Source of the DNA: Gemmatimonadaceae bacterium
GTDB taxonomy: Bacteria > Gemmatimonadota > Gemmatimonadetes > Gemmatimonadales > Gemmatimonadaceae
Length of the DNA stretch: 59,849 nt
Direction: 5' to 3'
Assembly: GCA_040902005.1 (NCBI GenBank)
Contig: JBBDYA010000127.1
Coordinates: 1 to 59,849, forward strand
Every line of letters starts with the position of its first letter. Positions within the stretch are counted from its first letter, which is position 1. The notes beneath the pieces were generated by a model. It saw only the letters and a program-made list of their open reading frames with translations, had not been told where the DNA came from and searched no databases. The translations under genes were made by a program, and so were the position numbers. Positions 40,704 through 50,175 of the stretch are shown in pieces.

Positions 40704-40731
40704 AATTTAGCGCGGCGAGGGGCGATCTCAC
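40704..40731 (-). promoter_or_regulatory. Putative native tRNA promoter, now upstream of the 5' tRNA fragment
   Basis: GTGAGA, 16 bp spacer, TAAATT on minus, 18 nt upstream of the fragment start at 40685. Confidence 0.45.
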
Positions 40732-40739
40732 AGCATCCT

Positions 40740-41018
40740 TCACGACCGTAGAATCGCGAAGGGCTGCTCGGCCGGCTCCGCGGGAAGTTCATTCATTGCC
40801 TCGAGTGCCTGGACGACAGCCCCGTCAGGGCCACGACGCAGTTCACCGCGCAACAGCTCCAGTTGTTCCGCGTCGCCGGCCGCCAGGACCTCTACGCTGC
40901 CGTCGGTTCGATTGCGCACCCACCCGGAGAGCCCGAGCCGGCGCGCCCGCTCCCGCACGAACCATCGAAAGCCCACCCCCTGCACCACGCCGACCACGCG
41001 GACGTGCAGTTGGCTCAC
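40740..41018 (-). CDS. acyP: Acylphosphatase
   Basis: GVVQGVGFR, GWVRNRTDGSVE. Confidence 0.95.
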   Translation of the reverse strand: MSQLHVRVVGVVQGVGFRWFVRERARRLGLSGWVRNRTDGSVEVLAAGDAEQLELLRGELRRGPDGAVVQALEAMNELPAEPAEQPFAILRS

Positions 41019-41680
41019 TCACTGTCCTCCGCCCATCCGTAGGTGCCGAGCAACGGAACGAACCGCACGGGGAGGATGCTCTCGCGAATGAGTTCTGTGC
41101 CTCGGCGCGTGAACATCACCAGCTGCTGCTCGTCCCGACCGCCGAGGGGAATGAGCAGTTTGCCTCCCTCCGCGAGCTGCTCCACAAGCGGCTCTGGCAC
41201 CTTGGGTGATGCGGCACTGACCAGGATCGCGTCGTAGGGCGCATACTGCCGCCATCCCACCGTCCCATCACCCAGGAGCAGCGAGACGTTGCTCACCCTG
41301 GCGCGCTGGATGTTCTGTTTGGCCTGGTCCAGGAGCGCCGCGATGCGCTCGATGGAAAAGACCTGGGCCACGAGATGCGCGAGCAGGACCGTCTGATAGC
41401 CCGAACCCGTTCCGACCTCGAGGACTTTCTCGCGCCCCTGAAGCTTCAGCAGCTCCAGATACTTTGCGTGAATCGAGGGCTGCGAAATGGTCTGACCGCT
41501 GCCAATCGGCAGCGGCTGATCCTCGTAGGCACGATGCCAGATGCCCGTGGGCACGAACTGGTGACGCGGCGTCATCTCGAACGCGCGGAGCACTGCGAGG
41601 TCGCTCACGCCCTTCGCGCGAATGGTCTCGACCAGCCGCCGGCGCGAGCCCCGGAACTCCGAGTCTATGGGTTGCGCCAC
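41015..41680 (-). CDS. pcm: Protein-L-isoaspartate O-methyltransferase
   Basis: GQTISQP, VLEVGTGSGYQ, APYDAI, VRFVPL. Confidence 0.96.
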   Translation of the reverse strand: MAQPIDSEFRGSRRRLVETIRAKGVSDLAVLRAFEMTPRHQFVPTGIWHRAYEDQPLPIGSGQTISQPSIHAKYLELLKLQGREKVLEVGTGSGYQTVLLAHLVAQVFSIERIAALLDQAKQNIQRARVSNVSLLLGDGTVGWRQYAPYDAILVSAASPKVPEPLVEQLAEGGKLLIPLGGRDEQQLVMFTRRGTELIRESILPVRFVPLLGTYGWAEDSE

Positions 41681-42426
41681 CAGGTGTCCGCCGTCTTGAG
41701 AATCCCGTAGTTGGTAAGGTCCAGGTGCAGTGGCGTCACGGAGATATAGCCCTCCTCGATCGCCTTGAAGTCGGAGTCATCCTCCCCGCTCCAACTGATG
41801 TCCCCGCCGCCAATCCAGTAGACCTGGCGTCCCCACGGATCCTGCATGGGCTGCAGGGAGTTCGAGTAGACGCGCCGCCCCAGCCGCGTCAGGCGCACGC
41901 CACGAATCTGATCGCCGGGCAGCGGCGGCAGGTTCACGTTGAACAGCGTGTTTGCCGGAAAGGGACTGAGCGACGTGAGGTGGCGCAGCAGCGGCGTGAG
42001 GACACTCACCTGCTGCCGCAGTTGCGAAACGTCCGCGCGCAGGTCGCCGCCCGCAAAGGAGACGGCGATCGAGGGGATGCCGAGCGCCAGCCCCTCCATG
42101 GCCGCCGCCACCGTGCCGGAGTACAGCACGTCCTCACCCATGTTCTGTCCGTGATTGATGCCGCTGAGCACGAAATCCGGCCGCTCGGGCAGCAAGGCTT
42201 CGATGCCGATCATGACACAATCGGTGGGCGTCCCATCCAGCTGCCAGCGCCGCTCACCGCGCTTCACCGGGCGCACCGGGTGGTGGAGCGTGAGCGAATG
42301 ACTCATGGCGCTCTGTTCGCGGTCCGGCGCCACGACCCAGACCTCACCCAGCGGCTCCGCGGCCGCGATGAGACACTCGATGCCGTGCGCCAGGATGCCG
42401 TCGTCGTTCGAAACGAGCAGCTTCAC
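41665..42426 (-). CDS. surE: 5'/3'-nucleotidase SurE
   Basis: SNDDG, GTPTDC, SGINHGQN, YSGTVAAA, SVTPL. Confidence 0.97.
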   Translation of the reverse strand: MKLLVSNDDGILAHGIECLIAAAEPLGEVWVVAPDREQSAMSHSLTLHHPVRPVKRGERRWQLDGTPTDCVMIGIEALLPERPDFVLSGINHGQNMGEDVLYSGTVAAAMEGLALGIPSIAVSFAGGDLRADVSQLRQQVSVLTPLLRHLTSLSPFPANTLFNVNLPPLPGDQIRGVRLTRLGRRVYSNSLQPMQDPWGRQVYWIGGGDISWSGEDDSDFKAIEEGYISVTPLHLDLTNYGILKTADTWWRNP

Positions 42427-42782
42427 TCGCGCGTTTCCTGTATCAAGCGAAGCAGGTCCCGCAGCTCCCGCTCCATCGACTCCACCGTTTCGAGGCTCAG
42501 CGCGGCCCGCGCCGCTGATCGGAGGTCACCCACCTTGCGTTGCTCGTCCACCTTCTGTCGCGCTCCCTCGATCGTGTACTTCTCCGTGTACAGCAAGTGC
42601 TTCACCAGGAGAATCAGTTCGATCTCCTTGCGCTGATAGACCCGGTTTCCCGACCGGTTCTTGGCCGGATTGAGAAACCTGAACTGGCTCTCCCAGTAGC
42701 GCAGCACGTGGGGCTTGAGGTCGGTAATCTCGCAGACCTCGCCGATGGAGAAGAATTCCTGGATGGGTTCCGCCGCGCTCAT
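42423..42782 (-). CDS. MerR family transcriptional regulator
   Basis: FSIGEV...HVLRYWE...GNRVY...YTIEGAR. Confidence 0.93.
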   Translation of the reverse strand: MSAAEPIQEFFSIGEVCEITDLKPHVLRYWESQFRFLNPAKNRSGNRVYQRKEIELILLVKHLLYTEKYTIEGARQKVDEQRKVGDLRSAARAALSLETVESMERELRDLLRLIQETRE

Positions 42783-43774
42783 TCGTCTTGCTCCGCGCGC
42801 AGTCCGCGCGCCATGAGTTCGGGCACCGCCTGACGGGCGGCCAGCCCCTCGAACAGAATGCGGTGCACCATGGTGGCGATCGGCATCTCCACGCCCTCCC
42901 GCGCCGCCAGGGCAATCGCGCTCCGGGTGGTGACGACCCCTTCTGCCACGGTGGGCTTGCCGGCCAGGGCCTCGTCGAGCGTCCGCCCCTGCCCCACCTC
43001 CATTCCCACCGCCCGGTTACGGCTCAGCGCGCCGGTGCACGTGAGCACCAGGTCGCCGATGCCGGCCAGTCCGGCGAACGTGGACGCCCGCGCGCCAAGG
43101 GAAACGCCAAGGCGCGTCATTTCCGCCAGCCCGCGGGTGATGAGCGCCGCGCGAGAATTATTGCCCAGCCCCACCCCTTCGACGATGCCGGTGGCAACCG
43201 CCATGACATTCTTCAGCGCACCGCCGAGTTCCACACCGACCAGATCGTCGTGCGTATACACGCGAAATCGCTCACTGCTCAGGACGTCCTGTGTCAACTT
43301 CGCGGCCTCCGCGTCGAGCGCCGCGGCCACGATCGCCGTTGGCTGGCGCGCCGCCACCTCCGCGGCAAAGCTGGGCCCCGAAATCGCGACGACGGCGTGC
43401 CCTCGCGCCTCCTCCTCGACCACGTCGGACATCAGCGCCAGCGTCTGCTGCTCGATGCCCTTGGAAGCGACCGCGATCACGGCGGAGGGCGCGAGGTGCG
43501 TGGCACCATCGCGCACGATGCCGCGCAGATGCTGCGACGGAGCCGCATAGATCACGAACGCCGCGCCCTCGAGCGCCTCCGCATGATTCCCCGTCGGGCG
43601 CAGTGCCGCCGACAACCGGTGTCCCGGAAGGAACACCGGGTTCTCGTGCCGCTCGCGCACGGCCTCCACAACCTCCGCTTCGCGCGCCCACAGCGCCACG
43701 TCATGCCCGCTGTTCGCCATCAGGTCCGCCAGCGCCGTTCCCCACGCGCCGGCACCCACGACAGCGCACCGCAT
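42779..43774 (-). CDS. gpsA: NAD(P)H-dependent glycerol-3-phosphate dehydrogenase
   Basis: GAGAWGTALA, SKGIE, SGPSFA, GGALKNV, GDLVLTCTGALSRN. Confidence 0.97.
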   Translation of the reverse strand: MRCAVVGAGAWGTALADLMANSGHDVALWAREAEVVEAVRERHENPVFLPGHRLSAALRPTGNHAEALEGAAFVIYAAPSQHLRGIVRDGATHLAPSAVIAVASKGIEQQTLALMSDVVEEEARGHAVVAISGPSFAAEVAARQPTAIVAAALDAEAAKLTQDVLSSERFRVYTHDDLVGVELGGALKNVMAVATGIVEGVGLGNNSRAALITRGLAEMTRLGVSLGARASTFAGLAGIGDLVLTCTGALSRNRAVGMEVGQGRTLDEALAGKPTVAEGVVTTRSAIALAAREGVEMPIATMVHRILFEGLAARQAVPELMARGLRAEQDE

Positions 43775-44480
43775 CAGCCAGCCCTCGCGGCAAGAAAGGC
43801 GGCAGCCAGCGCCAGGAGTCCGAAGCCCAGCGCCAGCGACGGCCGCCGGCCGAAGTTCGCGGCTCGGCCAAAGCGGTACTCGGTCCCCGCGCGCAACCGC
43901 TCGATATTGGCGCGATGCGTCCAGAAGACGAAGACGCCCGTGACCATGGCGACCGCGAACAGCGGTGATCCGATCCCGACGCTCGCGGCCAGCAGCACCG
44001 GCAACGCGATCGCTCCGGTCAGCGACGCGAGCGACACGTATCCGCTCGACAGGACCACCACGACGAAGATCAACAAGGTGAGCAGGGTCTGCAGTGGCGC
44101 GAGCGCCAAAAACACGCCGCACGCCGTCGCGACCCCCTTGCCCCCCTTGCCGAAGCTGAGGAACACGGGACGAATGTGACCGACGATGGCCGCCACTCCG
44201 CACGCGATCGCGAGCCAGGCCCGCGTGTCCCCCCCCCCCCTCCCGTGGCGCTCGTCAGCGTCAGCGGCGGGAGCAGCCAAACCGGGAGCGCCCCCTTCGC
44301 GATGTCCACCGCGAACACCAGGACGCCGATGCGCGCCCCCAGGACGCGAAAGACATTGGTGGCGCCGAGATTGCCCGACCCCTGCGCGCGCAGGTCCACG
44401 CCGCTCCACCGCCCGGCGAGCCAGGCCGCCGGGATCGATCCCGAGGTGTATGAAAGGATGATCGCGAGGGCCGGATGCAC
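43774..44480 (-). CDS. plsY: Glycerol-3-phosphate acyltransferase PlsY, frameshifted at a G12 tract
   Basis: N-half GSIP/GSGNLGATN/DIAKG in ORF 44070-44480; C-half GH/GGKGVAT/HRANIERL in ORF 43774-44952; switch at C12 44229-44240. Confidence 0.9.
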
Positions 44481-44483
44481 GCG

Positions 44484-45803
44484 CTAGCTCGCCTTCCGTC
44501 GAAGGAGGATCCGAAGCGGATTTCCTGTGAACCCCCAGGACTCCCGGAACCCATTGTGCAGATAGCGCACATAGTGCTCCTGGAGAAGGTCGGGGTTGTT
44601 GCCGAAGACGGCGATGGTGGGCGGCGCGACCTCGACCTGCGTCGCGTAGTTCAGCTTGATCTCCCGTCCCGCCGCCTGCGGCGGCTGGCGCCGGGCCAGC
44701 AACTCCTGCAACCGGTCGTTCACCTGCGAGGTGGGCACCCGCTTCAGTCGCTCCTGTTCCACCTGCAGCACCAGCTCCGGAATGCGCGACACCCGCTGTC
44801 CGGTCAGCGCCGACGTGAAGACGAAGGGCACGAACTTGAGAAAGGGCGCCTTCTCGCCCGCCTCCTTCTCGTACTTCGCCGCCGCCTTGCCATCTTTCTC
44901 GGCCGCGTCCCACTTGTTCACCACGAGAATCAACCCCCGCCCGGCTTCCCACGCGAGCGCCGCGACCTTCAGATCCTGCGCGTGCACCGCACCTTCCGTC
45001 GCATCGACTACCAGGACGCAGATGTCCGCGCGCTCGATCGCACGCCGGGTTCGCAGTGACGAATAGAATTCGATGCCCTCCTCAACGCGGCTCTGCCGGC
45101 GCAGCCCGGCCGTGTCGATGAACACGAACGTGCGGCCATGATACCGCATGGGCGTGTCGATCGCGTCCCGTGTCGTGCCCGGCAGCTCGGACACCACCAG
45201 CCGTTCCTCACCGAGCAGTCGATTCACGATTGACGACTTGCCCACATTGGGCCGCCCGATCACGGCGACTTTCATCACCGCTTCGTCCGCCGGCTGCCCT
45301 TCGGGAAGCTTGCGCGTGACTTCGTCCAGCAGGTCGCCGGACCCGTGTCCGTTCACGGCCGACACCGGCAAGGGGTCGCCGGCACCCAGGTCATAGAACT
45401 CGTAGAAATCGGTCGCCTCCGGTTTGTCCACCTTGTTGGCAACGAGCAACCAGGGCTTGCCACTGGCGCGCAGCACTTCCGCGATGCGCGCGTCGCTCGG
45501 GTGCAAGCCAGCACGGGCGTCCACCACGAACAGAAGGACATCCGCCTCCGCAATGGCCTGGTCCACCTGACGGCGAATCTCACGGTCCATCGGCGCGTTC
45601 GCGTCCTCGACCAGGCCGCCGGTATCCACCAGCCAGAAATGGCGACCGGCCCAGTCGGCGCGGGCGAAATGCCGGTCCCGCGTCGTTCCCGCCTCCTCCG
45701 AAACGATCGCGGTGTTCGCACCGGCGATGCGATTGAAGAGCGCCGACTTCCCCACGTTCGGCCGGCCAATCAGGGCGACGACCGGAATATCAAGTCCGCT
45801 CAT
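44484..45803 (-). CDS. der: Ribosome biogenesis GTPase Der
   Basis: Two GRPNVGKS G-domains, DTGG/DTAG, C-terminal KH-like domain. Confidence 0.98.
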   Translation of the reverse strand: MSGLDIPVVALIGRPNVGKSALFNRIAGANTAIVSEEAGTTRDRHFARADWAGRHFWLVDTGGLVEDANAPMDREIRRQVDQAIAEADVLLFVVDARAGLHPSDARIAEVLRASGKPWLLVANKVDKPEATDFYEFYDLGAGDPLPVSAVNGHGSGDLLDEVTRKLPEGQPADEAVMKVAVIGRPNVGKSSIVNRLLGEERLVVSELPGTTRDAIDTPMRYHGRTFVFIDTAGLRRQSRVEEGIEFYSSLRTRRAIERADICVLVVDATEGAVHAQDLKVAALAWEAGRGLILVVNKWDAAEKDGKAAAKYEKEAGEKAPFLKFVPFVFTSALTGQRVSRIPELVLQVEQERLKRVPTSQVNDRLQELLARRQPPQAAGREIKLNYATQVEVAPPTIAVFGNNPDLLQEHYVRYLHNGFRESWGFTGNPLRILLRRKAS

Positions 45804-47110
45804 CGAGCGCCGGTGATCGCGCTGGCACGGCTCTCGAGATGATCCGGCTGACTCAGGATGTCGATGAAGTCGTACGAGGGGTGGATCGGATACGCGATCG
45901 CCTCGCGAACCGCATCGAACGTGGAGTCATCGAGAAACACCCGCGACTCATTGATGGATTCTGCCGGAATCAGTGCGACGTCCAGGTCGTCACGATGCGC
46001 CAACGCGCGATGGATGTCCGCGCCGACCAGCAGTCCTGCGGTGGTCGTCGTCGGGCCAAACAGCGAATTCTCCGTGGGGATCAGCACCAGCTCTGCCCCG
46101 GTCACCGCCTCGATCCGCGCGAGCAGCTCAGGCATCAGCGGCGCCATCGCGGTGCCCGTCACGACACCGATGCGCCGCGAACCCAGCCACGGCAGCTCGG
46201 CGGCATGTGTCGAAACGCGCGCCCGCAGCGCCGCGATCGAGCCCACCCCATTCTCGATCTGCGACAATTCCCCGTAATACTCGATCGGCGGCAGCTGGCG
46301 TTCGGACAGGAGGTACAGCTCATCCGAGCCATAGACCCACGCGTGCCCGCGCTCCTGCATCGCGCGTACTGCCCAGCGCTCAGAGGTCTCCAGCAGTTCG
46401 CGCGCCTGGGGCCGGTCCATCGAACGGCCAGTGTAGAGATGCGAAAACTGCGTGAGCCCCACCGGCACCAGTGCAACCGTGAGACACGCGTCGCCAAAGG
46501 ACCAGAGGTCGGCAAGTGACTGCTCCAGTACGTCGCCGTCGTTGAGGCCCGGCACGATCACCATCTGACCGTGAAACTGGATGCCGCCGTCCACGAGCCG
46601 CCGCAACTGCGCCACGACGTCGGGAACCCGCGGGTTGTTCAGGAGCTTCTTGCGCGCGTCCCACGGCGTGGCGTGAACCGACACGTACAGCGGCGAGAGC
46701 CGGTACTCCAGGATCCGCTCGAAATCGCGCTCCTTCAGGTTCGAGAGCGTCGCGAAGTTTCCGTACGCAAACGAAAGCCGGTAGTCGTCATCCCGTATGT
46801 ACAACGGCTTCCGGAGCCCCTTCGGCAGCCCCTCGATGAAGCAGAATTCGCAGCGATTCGCGCATCGGCGAACCGTCGGCGGCTCCAGGTCCACCCCCAT
46901 CGCCTCGCCCTCTGGCCGCTCGACATCGAACACGATGTCCTCACCCGTCGGCAGCCGCGCCTCGATGACCAGCTGGTCGTCCGCCGTCAGGAACTCCCAA
47001 TCCAGAAAGTCCGCGATGTCGCGTCCATTGACCGACCGCAACTCCGTTCCGGGTTCGATCCCCAGTTCGGCGGCAATACTCTCCGGATATACTCGACTGA
47101 CGCGAACCAT
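45800..47110 (-). CDS. DUF512 PDZ/radical-SAM-like protein
   Basis: SIAAELGI PDZ-like start, CANRCEFC, DDDYRLSF, QIENGVG. Confidence 0.9.
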   Translation of the reverse strand: MVRVSRVYPESIAAELGIEPGTELRSVNGRDIADFLDWEFLTADDQLVIEARLPTGEDIVFDVERPEGEAMGVDLEPPTVRRCANRCEFCFIEGLPKGLRKPLYIRDDDYRLSFAYGNFATLSNLKERDFERILEYRLSPLYVSVHATPWDARKKLLNNPRVPDVVAQLRRLVDGGIQFHGQMVIVPGLNDGDVLEQSLADLWSFGDACLTVALVPVGLTQFSHLYTGRSMDRPQARELLETSERWAVRAMQERGHAWVYGSDELYLLSERQLPPIEYYGELSQIENGVGSIAALRARVSTHAAELPWLGSRRIGVVTGTAMAPLMPELLARIEAVTGAELVLIPTENSLFGPTTTTAGLLVGADIHRALAHRDDLDVALIPAESINESRVFLDDSTFDAVREAIAYPIHPSYDFIDILSQPDHLESRASAITGAR

Positions 47111-47313
47111 GGTCTCGAAAAAAGTACGCGCCCTGATCGGGGCGCGGAGGCTCATGCAACGTAGGAGATGATGTGTCCGAAGTCAAGCAAACTGAGTAAC
47201 TTCCGCGCCCTGGAGCCGGGAAAAATGACAGCAGGAAAAAGGGTCAGGAACCACTCGGGCCATGCCTCAAACCGTTGGCGACGAATGGGAGAAGGATTCC
47301 TGGATTCAAACGG

Positions 47314-47347
47314 AAAAAAAAACGGCCCGCCACCCTGGCGGGCCGTT
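47314..47347 (-). terminator. Rho-independent terminator
   Basis: AACGGCCCGCCA-CCC-TGGCGGGCCGTT hairpin with a T-run on minus, just downstream of the TPR/FxLYD gene. Confidence 0.85.
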
Positions 47348-47364
47348 CTCGAAATACCGCGGGA

Positions 47365-48945
47365 TCACTCGATACGGCGATACCGGAACGCCGAGACGCT
47401 GGTGCCCGGCGCGGCAGTGATCGAGAAGCGGGCACTGGCCCCCGCCTCGATCGTGCCGAGTTCCGACTGCTGTGACTTGAGCACGTTCCCGTCCTTGTCC
47501 AGAAAGTCCACGTGCACGGATATCGGCTTGGACTGTGTGCCCTGGTTCCGGACAATGCCGGACACGAGCGCGCGCTGGTCGGAGATGTTGAATTCCGTCA
47601 GCGTCACCGCGTAGGCCAGCTTCTCCTTGCGTTCCGTCATGACGACCGCTGAATCGAGGTAGGCCTTCTCGATCCGGAACAGCGAATCATTGACCGCGGC
47701 GCTCATCCTCGGCGCCGCCGGGCGCGCACCCGCCTTCGTCGCAGGAGCGCCACCACGGGCGGTGCGAATCCGGCTCACCTTCCCCGCGTAGGCAAGGACG
47801 GCAAGCTGGAGGTTCTCCTCGTTGTTCGGGTCGAGTGTGAGCAGGCGTGCGGTGTAGGGCAATGCCTTCTCGTGCTGGTTCGACTGCACCAGCATGATGG
47901 CCAGGTTTGAGAGCGCGTCGCGGTGCCAGGGGTTCTGTACGGCCGCGGCCTCGAAGATCACCGTCGCTTCGGGAATCATGTCCGCGCGCGCCATGCAGAC
48001 GCCGGCATTCATGAGCTCGCCGTACGAGAACGTCGCCGGCGCGGCCAGGGGTGCCCGGTACGTCTGGCGCAGCGAGGCGGTGTCCCCCGTGATGATGGCC
48101 ACGCGACACAAACCGGCACGGGCGTTGGCGGCAAGCGCACCGACGTTCGGGTCTGACATGACCTGACCCAGCGCCTCGTTGGCGGCCGCCAGGTACGGCC
48201 GCCTCGCGGTTGAGTCGGCGGCCATCTCGGCGGAATCGGCATTCAGGTCGGCCAGATACAGGAGGCTCTGGCGTCGGATATCGTCGTAGATCGTATCACG
48301 GGCCGCCAACTCGATGCCCTTGCGGTACATGGCAAGCGCCTCCGAGCCATTGTTCTTCCGTTGCAGCGCCTGCGCGAGGATGACGTAGCCATACGGCGCA
48401 AAGGGGTTCAGCATGATCGCACGACGCGCATCGCGCTCCGCGGAATCCGGAGAGAGTGCCAGGAATTCGATCGACGAATTGACCAGGTCCACCCAGGGCT
48501 TCTGCCCGCGCCAGCGCAACGTTTCGCTGATGCATTCCGGGTGTGCCGTTTCCACCACCCTGAACGCCGAGTCGATCGCGGCGGCCAGGTCGACTTCGCC
48601 CGCGGCGTCCGTGGCAAAGCCGAGGGCACCACGCTGGGAGGTCATGGCGACATTCGGTTGCATGGCCCACAGGACCAGCGCCTTGCCAAGGACGAAGTTC
48701 CGGCCAGGCTGATTGTCCATTCGGTCGCCGTTCTCCGTCAACAGCCGGACGGCGTTGGTCAGCTGCTTGGCCACCTCGTCGGGCTTCTGGGACTCAGTGG
48801 CAACCTGGATCGCGAGCAATGCACGAGCGACCTGATTCGGCCGTCCCTCATTGACCTCGCAGGCTTTCTCCTGGGCACCGGTGGCGGCAGCGAGGGCGAC
48901 AATCAGGCCGAAGCCGCGACTGGTCTGGCGAAGGAAAACGGACAT
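47365..48945 (-). CDS. Exported TPR protein with C-terminal FxLYD-like domain
   Basis: Signal peptide, TPR-like helices, VHVDFLDKDGNV...IEAGASARFSI; GGAG RBS before ATG at 48945. Confidence 0.75.
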   Translation of the reverse strand: MSVFLRQTSRGFGLIVALAAATGAQEKACEVNEGRPNQVARALLAIQVATESQKPDEVAKQLTNAVRLLTENGDRMDNQPGRNFVLGKALVLWAMQPNVAMTSQRGALGFATDAAGEVDLAAAIDSAFRVVETAHPECISETLRWRGQKPWVDLVNSSIEFLALSPDSAERDARRAIMLNPFAPYGYVILAQALQRKNNGSEALAMYRKGIELAARDTIYDDIRRQSLLYLADLNADSAEMAADSTARRPYLAAANEALGQVMSDPNVGALAANARAGLCRVAIITGDTASLRQTYRAPLAAPATFSYGELMNAGVCMARADMIPEATVIFEAAAVQNPWHRDALSNLAIMLVQSNQHEKALPYTARLLTLDPNNEENLQLAVLAYAGKVSRIRTARGGAPATKAGARPAAPRMSAAVNDSLFRIEKAYLDSAVVMTERKEKLAYAVTLTEFNISDQRALVSGIVRNQGTQSKPISVHVDFLDKDGNVLKSQQSELGTIEAGASARFSITAAPGTSVSAFRYRRIE

Positions 48946-49005
48946 GCGAAATCTCCTGGAGTGGTTCCTTTCGGGCGGTGTCCGAGATGACATACCCCCT
49001 TGTGC

Positions 49006-50175
49006 CTACAGGCGTTCCGCCTCGAGCGAGGCCAACCAGAATATATCGTGCGGATTGCGCCCTGTCGCCGCGGAAACCCGCTGAACATCCTCGAATTCCG
49101 GCTTTCCCCGCCGCTGGCCGCCCGGGAGCACTACAACCTTCACGGCAACGGGGTGGCCCAGCACCATGACGTGAGCCACCTCGCGCGCGAGCGCCCGGCG
49201 CAGGACGCTGGACCGTCGAACGCCGATGCTGCTCGTTTCGGTCAGGAGCAGGTTCTCCAGTTCGTCGGCCAGCACTGGAGGCGCGAGCACGTCGACGCGA
49301 ACCCCGGGCCTCCCCTTCTTCATCACCACGGCGTGCAGCACCACGTCGATCGCGCCAGCCAATCGCAGACGGTCCGCCGCCGACGCGAGATACTCCGCCG
49401 ACATGTCGTCCACCTCGCACGAGAGCAGGATCAGCTCCTGCACGCCCTCGCCGCCCGCGGCTGGATCCGCGAGCACGACCCGCAGCGCATTGGCGCGGTC
49501 CGGAAACTCCCTGGTGCCCGCGCCAAATCCGCTCTTGCGCGGACGGTACGACTCGGGCTCGGGCCCACTCGACAACACACGGACGAGCGCCGCGCCGGTC
49601 GGTGTGACCAGTTCACCCGCGCCCTCCGGACCCGGGCGAATGACCAGCCCCTCCAGCAGGCGCATCGTCGCAGGGGCTGGAACGGGCATGGTGCCGTGCG
49701 CGGCCGTCACCACGCCATCCCCGACTCTGATGGGCCCGCAGAAGACCGCGCTCACGCCCAGCAGCTCCAGCCCCCAGATGGAACCGACCACGTCGAGAAT
49801 GGCGTCCACGGCGCCCACCTCGTGCAGATGCACGCGCTCGACCGTGGTGCCGTGGATCGCCGCCTCCTGTTCCGTAATGAGCGTGAACGCCGCGTCGGCG
49901 CGCGCTTTCACGCCGATCGGCGCCTCGCACCGCGCGAGGATCTCCCGGATCTGCCTGAGGTGGCGACCGTGCGGTTGTGGCGGAATTGCGAAGTCCACCT
50001 TGGTGCAGGCGATGCCGGCGCGCTGCACATCGCGGATCTCGACGGTCACGTCGTCCAGTCCAAGGCGACGCGGAAGCGCGCGCAGCCACTCGGCATCGAG
50101 GCCAACCGACACGAGCGCGCCCAGGGTCATGTCCCCCGAGATCCCGCTGAACGGATGCAGTATGGCGATCGCCAT
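49006..50175 (-). CDS. larC: Nickel pincer cofactor nickel insertase LarC
   Basis: SGISGDMTLGAL, HLHEVGAVDAILD, HGTMPVPAPAT, ELVTPTGAA, MKKGRPG, KPEFED. Confidence 0.93.
   Translation of the reverse strand: MAIAILHPFSGISGDMTLGALVSVGLDAEWLRALPRRLGLDDVTVEIRDVQRAGIACTKVDFAIPPQPHGRHLRQIREILARCEAPIGVKARADAAFTLITEQEAAIHGTTVERVHLHEVGAVDAILDVVGSIWGLELLGVSAVFCGPIRVGDGVVTAAHGTMPVPAPATMRLLEGLVIRPGPEGAGELVTPTGAALVRVLSSGPEPESYRPRKSGFGAGTREFPDRANALRVVLADPAAGGEGVQELILLSCEVDDMSAEYLASAADRLRLAGAIDVVLHAVVMKKGRPGVRVDVLAPPVLADELENLLLTETSSIGVRRSSVLRRALAREVAHVMVLGHPVAVKVVVLPGGQRRGKPEFEDVQRVSAATGRNPHDIFWLASLEAERL

Noticed and set aside
47246..48969. 11-bp inverted match (AGGAACCACTC / GAGTGGTTCCT) flanking the TPR/FxLYD gene
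   Set aside because: Short, with no transposase or target duplication; compatible with chance.
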